Shown piece after piece: positions 1 through 11,740 of a stretch of 64,000 nt of DNA; the first letter of the stretch is position 1; each line of letters opens with the position of its first letter. The notes below the pieces were generated by a model that worked only from the letters and a program-made list of their open reading frames with translations, ran no database searches and was not told where the DNA came from. This DNA comes from Vermamoeba vermiformis (lineage: Eukaryota). Position numbers and translations under genes: made by a program. Where the stretch lies: assembly GCA_045837725.1 (NCBI GenBank), contig JBEWZL010000246.1:1-64000 (forward strand), in the 5' to 3' direction.

Positions 1-34
1 CTCAACGTCAAATTAACTAACTAAATTTATTTAG

Positions 35-1280
35 TGGCAGAATACATTGATTACAAGTATTTACATCGCTGGTTGTCTGCTCGCATACTGGGGCTGAGCG
101 TTCAGAGAATTTACCGAGGCCAAATCAGTGCACTAACAACGCAGTCGAGTGGAAAAAACCTCAACTTACAGATTAAATTAGTAAGTAGACAATTATGGCG
201 TTTGCATTGTAATTCTTCACAATAGATTTACTCGCGCGGAGAACAGCTCGCACTAATTCTTCAGGATGGTTCAGTAATACTCATTCAACTCTCTAGCGAC
301 GATGTTTTTGCGTATTGCCCTCTAAACTCATTAAATAACCTAATAAATACCAGTGTTACGATCATTTGTTTTGATGGAGTTGGGTGTGTGCTCACGTGCA
401 TCCAGGCGTCTTATAATAAGCCTTGCATAACTGTGATGCCTGCATTACAATGGAATGAACGGCTTGGACCAGATATTCGACTTGAGCATGGTTTGTTCGT
501 GCACAAACTGGCTACATTGCTTAAAAACATGGACATGTCTTCTCATTTAAGTTTGTTTGAACTTCTTTGCTCACCTGGCTTTAATGGCTTTGGAGAACTC
601 ACTGCCAGTGAAATTCTTCAGCGCTTGGCACAATACTTTGGTAATTCAATCCTCTTGTGCCTTGCGATAAACTTACCTATTCAACAGGAGTTCCTCCTTG
701 GATGAATGCTTACCTTTTCCTCAGTTCCGAGTCAAACCAAAGTCTGCTCATAAATGTTTGTATGGAGTACTTGCGCCAACTTGGTGATTTTGTGGGTCTG
801 GACTTCAACTACCTTCAATTCTATCTTGTTGGATGGCAGCAATACGCCTCTCGCTATATTCATGTATACAAGCGAACAGCTTTCGGAAACAAACCAGTAC
901 ACTGTCTATCAGTGCGCACACCGTCGAGCATATTGCGATGCTTCACTACTTGTAGTTTGATAGATTTGCCATCTAATTGGTCAAATTCAGCTCTGCGAGA
1001 GGAAAAAATCAATGACAGGTTTTTACAAGGGTTGCAGCTCCATGATGTTTACGTTGGCATCACTTACACTCTTAAAATGTATGTTAATTCGAATTAGGCT
1101 TTTTAATAATTGGCTTACAGGCAACTGCAAAGTCAAATCAAAGACTTGGATGGTGATGAGACAGAGAGTGAGAATGAAGAGGACAACTTGTCAGTCAAAT
1201 CCAATGTTACAATTCGGAGAAAACTTTGTAAAAAATTTAAAAAAATGGCACAACAATACAAGATAAATAAATTTAGTTAA
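35..1280 (+). CDS. Divergent Fpg/Nei (NEIL1-like) DNA glycosylase-fold protein; 5' end upstream of the window; catalytic residues substituted
   Basis: Acceptor ends at 34; GT-AG introns 181-225, 641-687 and 1079-1120 join the ORFs in frame. Motifs follow NEIL1/Fpg order: xAEYID...ILGLSV (Fpg MPELPE...LVGATI), SRGEQLALIL (NEIL1 ARGKELRLIL), WNERLGPD (WQPGRGPC), and H2TH-like FNGFGELTASEILQRL..GVPPW (FNGIGNYLRAEILYRLKIPPF). Acidic then basic tail; TAA at 1278-1280. Confidence 0.65.
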
Positions 1281-1310
1281 TCAAAGTTTATTTTATTAAG
1301 ATGAGGTTTT

Positions 1311-2030
1311 GATTGAGGTTGCATCCTCCTGGACAACGACCTTCCTTGCCGAACAAGGTCGCATCCTCTTGGACGACAACCTCCCTTGTCGAACGAGGTC
1401 GCAACCTCCTGGACAACATCCTCCCTTGCCGAACAAGGTCGCATCCTCTTGGACGACAACCTTCCTTGCCGAACGAGGTCGCATCCTCTTGGACAACAAC
1501 CTCCCTTGTCAAATGAGGTCGCATCCTCCTGGACGACAACCTTCCTTGTCGAATGAGGTTGCATCCTCCTGGACGACAACCTTCCTTGCCGAACGAGGTC
1601 GCATCCTCTTGGACAACAACCTCCCTTGTCGAACGAGGTCGCATCCTCCTGGACAACAACCTCCCTTGCCGAACAAGGTCGCATCCTCTTGGACAACAAC
1701 CTCCCTTGTCGAACGAGGTCACATCCTCCTGGACGACAACCTCCTTGCCGAACGAGGTCGCATCCTCTTGGACGACAACCTCCCTTGTTGAACAAGGTTG
1801 CATCCTCTTGGACAACAACCTTCCTTGTCGAAAGAGGTTGCATCCTCCTGGACGACAACCTTCCTTGTCGAACAAGGTTGCATCCTCCTGGACAACAACC
1901 TTCCTTGCCGAACGAGGTCGCATCCTCTTGGACGACAACCTTCCTTGTCGAACGAGGTCGCATCCTCTTGGATGACAACCTCCTGTCAAAATGAGGTTGT
2001 GTCCTGTTGGACAACAACTTGCCGTCTAAA
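1311..2030. repeat. 40-bp tandem repeat, about 17-18 copies
   Basis: Consensus GAACGAGGTCGCATCCTCYTGGACGACAACCTYCCTTGYC repeated head-to-tail, with internal imperfect dyad (AGGTCG..TCC..GGA CGAC..CCT). Confidence 0.97.
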
Positions 2031-2934
2031 CAAGGTGAAAGGAGGTCACATCCCCTCACGTGGCAAGAAAAGCCCCAGAGGGCCACTAACAACCCCATAA
2101 CCCATAGGGTGGGCAACCCTAAATATATATAAAATGAAAAACCAATAAAATTCAGCTGAATCGTCAAGAAATCAGCCAAAAACAGGGTGTAATCCATGAA
2201 AATCATTGAAAAATCGAATCACTTCTTGAAGTGTCAAGAAAACATGTCAAATGTGATTCATTTGTGAGTCTGGACGCTGTACAGCTTTGGAATCCAAAAT
2301 CAGTTCTGATTTTCCATTGCAATTCATGCTGGGCATTTTGGACATCTTCCTTCTCATTTACCATTCCTCCTTCATGTTTCTAAGTGAGAATGGCTGGAGA
2401 AAGTCTGGCCTTACTTTTCTAGAGTTTTGCAGAAAAGCAAACTCTGCGTGGACCAAAAAAAACTGCCCATATGTGCATGCACATTAAAAATTCGCGAATT
2501 GTCACCGTGACCGAGCCTCCAGCAGCTAGGTAAGCCAGTTTGAATTAATTTTTTTGTAAATCTAACGAACACATCTCCCAGCCATTTCCTTTCACTTCGC
2601 AGCGGCTTGCCATTGCATTTATGCAGTCTCAGGGGTCATTTGCATGATATTCACAGCACTGGTAGGCCTGGCCAAAGTTAGGTAAGCCTTGGAATTTAAT
2701 CAGTACTGTCTAATCCGATCTTCAGTCCTTCACAACACTTGCCCAGTGCAGATCGGTCCCCAGTGCACAGCTCACACTGTCCTCTCTGCCTTCGGTGTGC
2801 CACCGTCTGGTATTGGTTGGTGCATTGTCTCATGTCCGGCTGGTAACACCCCTTCCCATGCAGCTTGGCCAAGTATCAATAATAAATAAGCTAGATGGAT
2901 ATTTTGGCCCTGTGACTACATTGTTCTAGCTTGT

Positions 2935-3230
2935 AAGGGGTGTAGTTTGAAGGACTACACCCTCATTCTGGGTTCACTAGGGCATAGTTTCGAGGACTAC
3001 ACCCCCATTCTGGTTCACTAGGGCGTAGTTTTGAGGACTACGCCCCCATTCTGCAGTGGTAGGGCGTAGTTTCGAGGACTACACCCCCATTCTGGTTTGC
3101 AAGGGTGTAGTTTCGAGGACTACACCCCCATTCTGGTTCACTAGGGCGTAGTTTTGAGGACTACACCCCCATTCTGGTTCGCAAGGGTGTACTTTTGAGG
3201 ACTACACCCTGTTCTGCAGTGGTAGGGCGT
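2935..3230. repeat. 41-bp hairpin tandem repeat, about 7 copies
   Basis: Unit AGGGYGTAGTTTYGAGGACTACRCCCCCATTCTG plus a short variable linker; 9-bp stem GGGCGTAGT/ACTACGCCC with a 7-nt loop. Confidence 0.95.
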
Positions 3231-3289
3231 TATTTGCCCTTCAGAACGCGAAACCCTAAACTGTAGTAACCTAATAATTACTATAAAGC

Positions 3290-3390
3290 ATGCCGTACGG
3301 GGGTGCGAGGGGGCGTACAGTGTGCCGTACGGGGGTGTACAGTGTGCCGTACGGGGGTGTGAGGGGGTGTACAGCGTGCCGTATGGGGGA
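3290..3390. repeat. G-rich short tandem repeat, about 4 copies of TGCCGTACGGGGG(TG..)TACAG
   Basis: Repeated TGCCGTAYGGGGG core with G5 runs. Confidence 0.85.
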
Positions 3391-3866
3391 AAAAATCCTA
3401 GCCCCAGCCCTAAATCCTATAAAGTCTTTTTTCAGCAGATCTTGCAGTTTCCCATGGCACTTTCAAAGGGATTATGTGTGTGGTTCTCCTCATGGTTCCA
3501 TTGATCTCAACTGACCTGGTAGCATTTCTTACATCCAGGTATGGAAAATGATTTTGAGAATTTTTTTTGACCCAGATTGCTTTCAGGGTAAAAGTGATTC
3601 AAGCACTTAACAATAGAGCAGCTGCAATTCAATAATTCCTGAACCTTGGCAGCACATGTTACAGCAGTTCTGCATTGCAGTTAATATTTAATGTTATTTG
3701 TTCCATGAGCAATCACTAATCCAAAGACAAAGCTTGGCAAAGATTTCCCAAGTATTTTTGTACAAATGAAGCAACACAAAACAGTAAATATTTCAACATT
3801 GGCTCACGCACTGGTATTTCAGTCCAAGCCAATTGACTAGCAATACTATTAAAGCCCTCACAGCAT

Positions 3867-6641
3867 TTATTTGAGCAAATTCAAAACCCATTTTGCTGCA
3901 TCAACAACTGTCTTTTCTTTGCTATTGAGAGCTGCCAATAAACATAGGTTAAGTTCTTGCATTTGAGAAAGTGCTGGCTTGATTTTGTTTCCAAGACATT
4001 GAATGATGTCCCTTCCAAATAGCATTAGAAAGACAGTTTTAAAATAAATGGACTTACCCAACAAGTGAAATGGCTGTTGCTGCGTTAATTGAACCCACAG
4101 AGCCATTGACAGTGGCAACTACTACCTTTAGTATGAATGGAACATACTCAATCAAGGCCCCTGGATTATGGTGATAATTCTGGAATAGGCTAGTCCAAGT
4201 AGAAAACCAGGCGTGTAGGAAAGCAGTGATAAAATCTTGATTGTCATAGTCTTCATCAAAATGGTCAAGCTGTCGAATTGCTTCACCAGCTTGTTGAAGC
4301 ACAACAACCACGAATTCCAAGTATGGCTCGTACGCTTCACCTCCAATTGCACCTGCAATGTCACCAAGGAGTGCAATTATCTCTGGACGTGTTCGCCGGT
4401 CTGCTGCAGGGTTTTGTAAAGCGGTTAATAGGGCCTGGACTATGGTGTTGCAGTATGGCTTGATGGCTACTGTAGTGCAGTTGCATAGGTCAACCAACAA
4501 GCCAAGTGTTGCAGTAAATGTCTGCAGTAGGTAAGTAATTGTAAATTACACATTGATGCACTTACTTGAGTATCTTGCACGTTATTCAGTAGTGGCAAGA
4601 GGATGGGCATTAAAGTCGGTAAATACTTCACGAACGCTTCTCCAGCAGCTGCAACGGTAATGAGTAAGACTGTGACAAAAACACGAGTACAAACCTGAAA
4701 CAGTGTAGCCAATAGCAATCAGTGTTTCTTCGGTGACTTCCTCGTGCAACTGTGCAAGGTAGAGTGCCATGAACTGGTCCACATACGGCGCAATCTCTGC
4801 TTGCAACTTCCGTGTAATGGCCGTGGCAGCACTGATAGCATAGGCATCTCCTTGCATGCTTTGCAAGATAACAGGAATCAGAGGTTTGATTGGTTCAATG
4901 TTTTGTTGCCGGTCAATCAACGATGATATAGCTTCATAAATTTGAAGCGAATCTCCGTTGTTGCCAGGAGCAGCCAAAGAAGAAATCAAGACTGCGATCA
5001 GCTGACCGAAATCATCTTCAAACGGATTCTCCGATTGCTCACTGTGGAAGTTAACGATGCACTGCAACATAAGTTAGTAACACGTAATTACTTTTAATCT
5101 AGGAAGACTTACGCTGTAGATGTGCTGTCGAACACTTGTGTCATCACGCAATGCTCCTAAGATAGCCTTGGACAACAGCTTATTATGAACTTGGACATGC
5201 TCAGCGTAAGTGCGATAAATTTGATCTAATTGAAACAATTAATCATTTTCTCCATAACAAATTACGACGCACTTATGGTCCACGCAGCTGAAGAACGCAC
5301 GTTAACATTGTTGAATTGCAACGATTGAATTGCTTTCAGTAGATACGATGCAGCATTTTGTTCCACGTAATCGTAGTGCTGCTCCGAAAACATTAAACCA
5401 AGGAGAACGAGCGCAACATCTCTTCGCTTCCAGTCCTAAATAACAATTAAGACACAAGTTAATCATTAAGGCTTTGTCGTACTTCGGAATCAAGATCTTG
5501 ACGCAGAATTGGCTCAACTAGTGGCACGATATCTTCGAGCACTACGTTCACCACTAATTGCAGACACGTCTCCGCGGATCTGCGGACATTCCAATCTTCA
5601 TGCTCTGTGGCTGCGTACTTGTCCTTATGTTACGTTAGTCGCTATCCATGTGGCACGAATGAAAGACTTACATCCGCAATAGCACCAATTAATAGCGGCA
5701 CCAAGTCTTTACAGCACCAGCCAATAAACAGCGATGAATTATCAGCACTCGGTTCCTGATGTTCTTCGCGATAATCTACCTCTTGATCGCAGCTTGAGGA
5801 CCAGAATTCAATCACCAGCATCTTGTTGTCTTCGGCCCCGTGCTTAAGTACTTCTTGTGTGATCTACAAATAAAATTAGACATTTTCAGATTGATTGATT
5901 TTCGCGAGTACCTTGAGAATTTTTTGGAGCAAATCCTTGTTCGCGGCCAATGCTGTGAAATACTGCGCGGGGAGCTTTTCAAGCCACACAATGCCCAGGC
6001 TGCCAAAACTAAAGTTCAAATCACAGCACGATACAGTCATCGATAGTAATTGCTCGATAGACTCTTCGTCATCAAATCCAGGAATCATATTATCACGCAG
6101 GTTGTTAGAGACCATTTCAATTTTGGTCTCAAGATCTGCATCCAAGTTAATTGGTGCGAAGTCCTGCTGTCAAATGAATATGAATATGAATATTATAATA
6201 TTTAGTGCGTACGATATGCAAAGCGTTCATAATTGAGGCGATCCCATCGAGTTTTGATCTGATCTTGAAGTATTCTTTCCAGTCAATCAACTGGTCGCCT
6301 AAAATAGCAACAATAAGCCACATATCATAGAAAATAATTAGTTGTATTACCGGGAATCACTGGGACCTTGTCTATCGAACTCGTCACGACATCCGAGGTC
6401 GGAATTGATTTTTCACTCCAGATTAATTTGGCTAAATATTTCCAAAATTCTCGCCTTGCTAAAATAGCATGCCAGTATTTGCACGTGGCGTTTATAGCTC
6501 CTGAGAACGATTTTAATATTCTTAAAAATTCGGGTCAAATCTTCTTATGCAGAACTTACTAAAGCTCGATACAGGGACTCGTAATAAAATCTGCACGATC
6601 AATTCGTCAGGAAGAACATGTAGTGGTGTTGTGCTTTCCAT
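3867..6641 (-). CDS. F-box domain fused to an importin-beta-1-like HEAT solenoid lacking the N-terminal Ran-binding repeats
   Basis: ATG at 6641: MESTTPLHVLPDELIVQILLRVPVSSF/AINATCKYWHAILARREFWKYL (F-box). Spliced exons lead to importin-beta signatures IEFWSSSCDQEVD, EDWNVRRSA, DWKRRD, VRSSAAWT, GEAFVKYL and RPEIIALLGDIAGAIG. Confidence 0.8.
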
Positions 6642-6785
6642 TGTTAGCAAGTGCAAGATCAAAAACGACTTTTTTTTTTGGCCTGCAAAACTCAGGCTAA
6701 GCAGCAATCTAATTTCAGGCACCCGATACGCATACGACTGTGCCAGTGCAAACAATTTAATTTTCATTTGTATTTATTAGTTTCT

Positions 6786-8673
6786 TCATTTACGCAAGCA
6801 CGATAATGCGACCTTTAGATCCCAGAAATTAATGTGCCAGTCAGTCCACGAAATCAACGTCTTTTCGTCTTCTGTTAGCGCAATGTTGCTAGCTCCATAA
6901 AAGCCGAACACTTCAAATTGAGCACCAGTGAATGCGGAACAAATAACTGGAGCATTCATAGAGACAAAGAGCACTGGACTGTATCTACTAGCTTCCAGCG
7001 CATATATACAATCTTCAACTTCTTTGCCACGATATGTTCGCGGTATCTTCGGCGCAAACTGAGATACGACCCTTTTATGGTGAATATCCAGCACGACGAC
7101 CTCGCTCTTTGTTGCCATGGCAAAATAACCTGTGGATGAAAATTAAGCACTGTGCAGCGCTAACACTGTCAATATTAATTACGTACAGGTATTAGGAATC
7201 CATTTATCAAAGAACCAGCAATCGATCACGGCCATTAACTTTTGCGTTGTTAGGTCGTAAAATCGATGTTGTTTGTCGACAACGGAATGTATGATGTGAT
7301 GCAGTTCACCGTCAATGTTTATAGTCTGCTCGCTCTTTATCTTCGCGAAGTCTTCATAGCGGGACTCAGGATAAATTGGGTGTTTCCAAGGAGGACAATC
7401 ATCAACGTAAATTTGGCACGTGTCATCAAACTGAATCTCGATTGACCTTCCTGCAATAGGCCATCTGACTTGCTAAATGCATTTGTAAATTAACAATTAT
7501 AACCCGATATTATTACGTACGAGATACGTCGCAGTCGGCACTAAAATCATTTTCGGATCTACTCTCGAGCAATAAATCCCTGGTTCTTGGTCTATGCTAC
7601 ATAAATATGCACATCTATGTAGTACGATTTTAGTTGTGAGCCGATAAGAATTTAGCTTACTCTTCGCAATTGCCAGGATTTTTTGATTTTTTCCACAAAC
7701 GCTCCTCGGTGTGCTTGCAAATTATGGACAAATTCCAGATCGATGCATGGTTATCGTGTTCCTATCATATAACTGGTGAATTACTGACCTGCGATACGAA
7801 AATAATCATAAGGACTTACTAACACTGCTAAGTGGCCACCAAATGCTATTAACTTGCTGTTTTTCGACCGCTGAAATATCTTTTTGTAGACGAATGGAAT
7901 TTCTTCGCTTAGCAAATCGACGATCTGGTGACCACCCCAATTATCGGCTTCAATCTGACCAGCGTAAGGTCCTAATGTACCTATTAGTAAAACAAATCGC
8001 AATTTATCTGTCTTACCAATTATAATGTGTCCTGGATACTTTGGAATGAAGTTGAAGGATTTTTTGTTCAAGCACGTTCTGCGATCAAGATCAGTCTCCT
8101 GTAATATGAGCTGGCCTACTTACTTTATGTTTAACGGTGCATACCCATCGACGAGTAGACTATTATTATGCACGTACACGCCTTTTTTGTTATACGAAAG
8201 CGGGGATGAGCACAGCTTCGTTTTAGGCAACTTTGATTTGCGTCTACCAAAGAATATAATTTAAATATTATAAATTATTTAATTAAAGTCAAACCACTTA
8301 CGTGCTTTTTTCCAGCTTCACAATTCTGTTCACCTGAAATCAAATAAAATGTAATTTAATTTACTAGTAATTAAACTAATGGAGACTTACTTCCTCGCGC
8401 CAATTAATACTCGTATCGTCTATGTATTTTATTTTATTTAGCCTCTTTTTGAATCGTTCGTTAAAGATGCTTCTCCAAGCAATGGCATTGTCCAGCGATT
8501 TGTAGAAAATTTTTGTGCTTTGTTTTAACCTGCTCAAGTCCTTCCCACTGATTTGACATAAAATCGGCTCTAATATTTCGGGCGGAAGGTTGGTGATAAA
8601 GTCTGCAAGAATAATTAAAATGAAATCAGAATTTGCTTCTTCGTTTACCTTGCAGACTTGATTCGTTTTCCAT
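6786..8673 (-). CDS. F-box protein with a probable divergent beta-propeller (WD40-like) C-terminus
   Basis: ATG at 8673: MENESSLQ/DFITNLPPEILEPILCQISGKDLSRLKQSTKIFY (F-box). Later beta-rich exons end in WD-like segments (FYDL, INFWDL). Multi-exon; internal exon boundaries approximate. Confidence 0.65.
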
Positions 8674-8909
8674 TGTCTAACGTTTGCTGCACCAACTGCG
8701 TTTTACTAATTAATTTTTGTTGTAAGGCAAAATAATAAGGCGGAGCACCTGTCAGCTTTTCGTCCCATCCGCACTGCGAAATGGCTGAGAAATAAAAAAC
8801 CGAACACTCGAGATTTATTAAACAACGTTTGCAGGCGAAGATGAAATGCACTATTTCCTTCGCCAACAATTATAAGCTCTATAATACAAACTCAGAGAAT
8901 TGCATTCAA

Positions 8910-11740
8910 CTACAGCGCATTTTTCTCTTTTTCGACCTCGTGTTTTTCTTTGAGCCATTTTTCAATCAACTGAGCGACTTTTTGCAATGTAATTGGCTTG
9001 GTCACAAAATCGTCCATGCCCGCTTCATAGCACTTGTCTTGATTTGTCTCGATAGCGTTAGCTGTGATTGCAATAATGGGCACTCGGTCCCTCCAATATG
9101 GCATGCTGTTTTTGTCGAGGGCCTTCATTAAGCGAGTGCATGTCGGGTGATGCGCCCAAGGAATTTCTCCGCCGGCTAGCGGCGAATTCCTGTTCTTTTT
9201 CACGAATGAACCGAGTGGCCTGATAACCGTCGACTTCGGGCATTTGACAGTCCATCAGGATCAGGTCGTAGGGCTTTTCTCCGGCCGTTTTTGATCGTAC
9301 GAACTCCGTCACGACTTGATTGCCGTTCTCGACCGCTGTCACTTGATGTCCAAGTTTGTTTAACAACGCCACGAGTAACATGCGATTGACTGGATGATCT
9401 TCTGCAACGAGCAAACGGCCCGTAATGCCTGCCAAGTTTTCAAATGACAATGAATTAGGTTTGTTCTCTGAAGTAAATCGTTAGTCACGAATTCTACTTC
9501 GGTAACAGAAAAACTTACGCTGAGATTTAACTTGGTCGTTTACAGGCTTTTCGGGCGTCATATTAGGAGTGAAGTTCGCGTTGAATTTTTCTTTTAGATG
9601 CGCACATCGTTCTTCGGACAAGTGATACGGATGTTCAACAAGTGGGATCTGAAACCAAAATGTCGCACCTTTGCCTTCATCGCTTTCTACGTCAAGCTTT
9701 CCGTTCATTAAATTGACTAACTTGTCGCAAATAGACAGTCCCAAGCCTAAACAAATCATTAGCTACTGTGCGTGTTGATGAGATAAAGTGTCACGTCAGA
9801 TATATCCGATATTCGTGAACGGTAAGGCTTGAAAATTAGAATATTTCGTAAATTATCCTTCAGACTGAAATCGATTTGACACGCGTGGCGAAATTCAAAG
9901 TAGATTTCTCGACGCGGTTATACTGTTCTGTGAAACATAAAGCTATTTCTAGCGCAACCGAAACACACCTGTGCCGCCATATCGCCTCTTCGTACTCGGT
10001 GTAGCTTGCGTAAATGGTTCGAATAGAATCCTCTGCACTTCTTTTGATATGCCAATTCCGCTGTCAGTTACTGAAAATTGAACTGTATGAAATTGTCGCG
10101 CCTCAGCACCGGCTATTAACGGATATTAGTACATTGAAGGTGCTTTTCGATAATCACTGACCTGCAATAACGTTTTCGCTCGACCGCTTTGAGACCAATG
10201 GTGCAGGTTTTGGCGACGAGCTGTTAGACTTAGGGGCCGCCAACACTTTTTGTAGTTTCACCGATACACTTCCTTTGTCGGTAAACTTCACGGCGTTAGA
10301 TAACAAATTGAGCAATACTTGAGCAATTCTTGTTGGATCGCCTTCAAAGTTGTCGGGCACATTTTCTGCAATATCGACCAGTAATTGGACTCTATCGGCC
10401 TTCTTTTGCAATTGTAATAGTGGCTTGATGATATTAACTTGTTCATATACGAGTGCCTTAATGTTGAACGGTATACACTCCAGATCCATTCGCCCAGAAT
10501 CAATACGCGAAAAATCAAGAATTTGATTGATAATCGTCAAAAGAGACAGTGCTGGTATTGTAAATTAATAAAAATATTGTTAATAAAGAATATTCTTACC
10601 TGAAGTATGGATTGACTCAACGTACGTCAGATGTTGGGGATCGAGCGCTGGATTGGTCGAATGTAATACTAATTCAGCGAGACCCATAATTCCGTTCAAT
10701 GGTGTTCGCAGCTCGTGACTAACATTAGCAAGAAAAATTGACCGCAGCTTCGCTGTCTCTCGTGCACTTTTTTCTTTGATGGCGAGTTCAGCGGCCTCTT
10801 TACGCGTTGTTATGTCAACTCCTATGCACACCACTCCGACGATCTTTCCTGATCTATCCCGCTTAGGCGAGTAGAACTATATAATAAGATAAGTATGTGC
10901 TTCAAATATAAACAAAGGGTAACGTACCAAGTCAAAGTAACGTCCTCCCCACTGCTGATCTTTTTGCGTTGGTGACTCGCCTCTCATTGCTTGTCGTGTG
11001 CACTCTGCTATCTCCGGCGTGTCTTGTGTAATGTCAAAAATACATTTGCCAATAAACCATTCGGGATAAGTCCCCGTGTGCTCGATAATTTTGCCTTTGT
11101 ACATCGTGTAAATACCGTTCATGTCTGCAGCCCAAATTGCTACAGGAGCATGATCGATAACTGTAAGAAGCTGATCCTCGAGCTCTTTTGCTTTTTCCTC
11201 GGCTACTTTCTAAAATAAATTCAATTAGTTTTATTTACCAAAATTAGAAAAATGTTCTTATTTCAATTAACTAAAATAGCTTGCGTTTTGAAAGATTGCT
11301 CTGTAATTGCTTTGATCCTCACGCCATTAATTCTATGCAATACTTACTTGATCATGAATATCGGTAATTGTTCCAATAAAATATTTGACGGTTTGCGTGT
11401 CATCCGTTCGGACAATTGAACAACGAGCCAAAAACCATCGATACATTCCATCGTGGCGTTTCAATCGATAATGAAGTACTGGTTTTGATCCTTTGTGCCA
11501 TTCATTGACAATATCGAGCGTTGCTGCAATGTCCTCCGGATGGATGCAGTTCCACGCGCCATTTTCGACTACCAGTTTTTGAAAAGTGTCTCCAAAATAA
11601 TCCAAATACGTCTGATTGACCCATACAATATCTCCGTCGGGTCTCATAACCCAAACCATTTCAGACAAATGGTTGAGGATCTCCAAAAATTCAAGATCCG
11701 CCGGGATACTGTCCAAAGTGCTTTTGCTCGGTGTGGACAT
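8910..11740 (-). CDS. Hybrid sensor histidine kinase (PAS-PAS-HisKA-HATPase-receiver) with an apparent 1-nt frameshift in the receiver
   Basis: PAS ([15 protein letters not shown]), H-box [17 protein letters not shown]-box [15 protein letters not shown]-boxes (DSGIGI, YGGTGLGLSI) and receiver ([24 protein letters not shown]). Confidence 0.9.

Larger units (their letters stand above)
1..3420. mobile_element. Candidate terminal part of a large mobile element or subtelomeric repeat block
   Basis: Three tandem arrays, CCCTAA-like motifs (about 2115, 3251, 3408), CpG-decay variants and a cargo-like divergent gene. No transposase or defined terminus is visible. Confidence 0.3.

Noticed and set aside
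641-705. Apparent frameshift in the Nei-like gene
   Set aside because: Explained by a GT-AG intron at 641-687.
1277-2206. Multiple overlapping repetitive ORFs (up to 309 aa) on both strands
   Set aside because: Artefacts of the stop-poor 40-bp tandem repeat; the unit is not a multiple of 3 and the same peptides appear in all frames.
1311-3230. CRISPR array interpretation of the palindromic repeats
   Set aside because: No unique spacers, no cas genes, and a eukaryotic intron-rich context.
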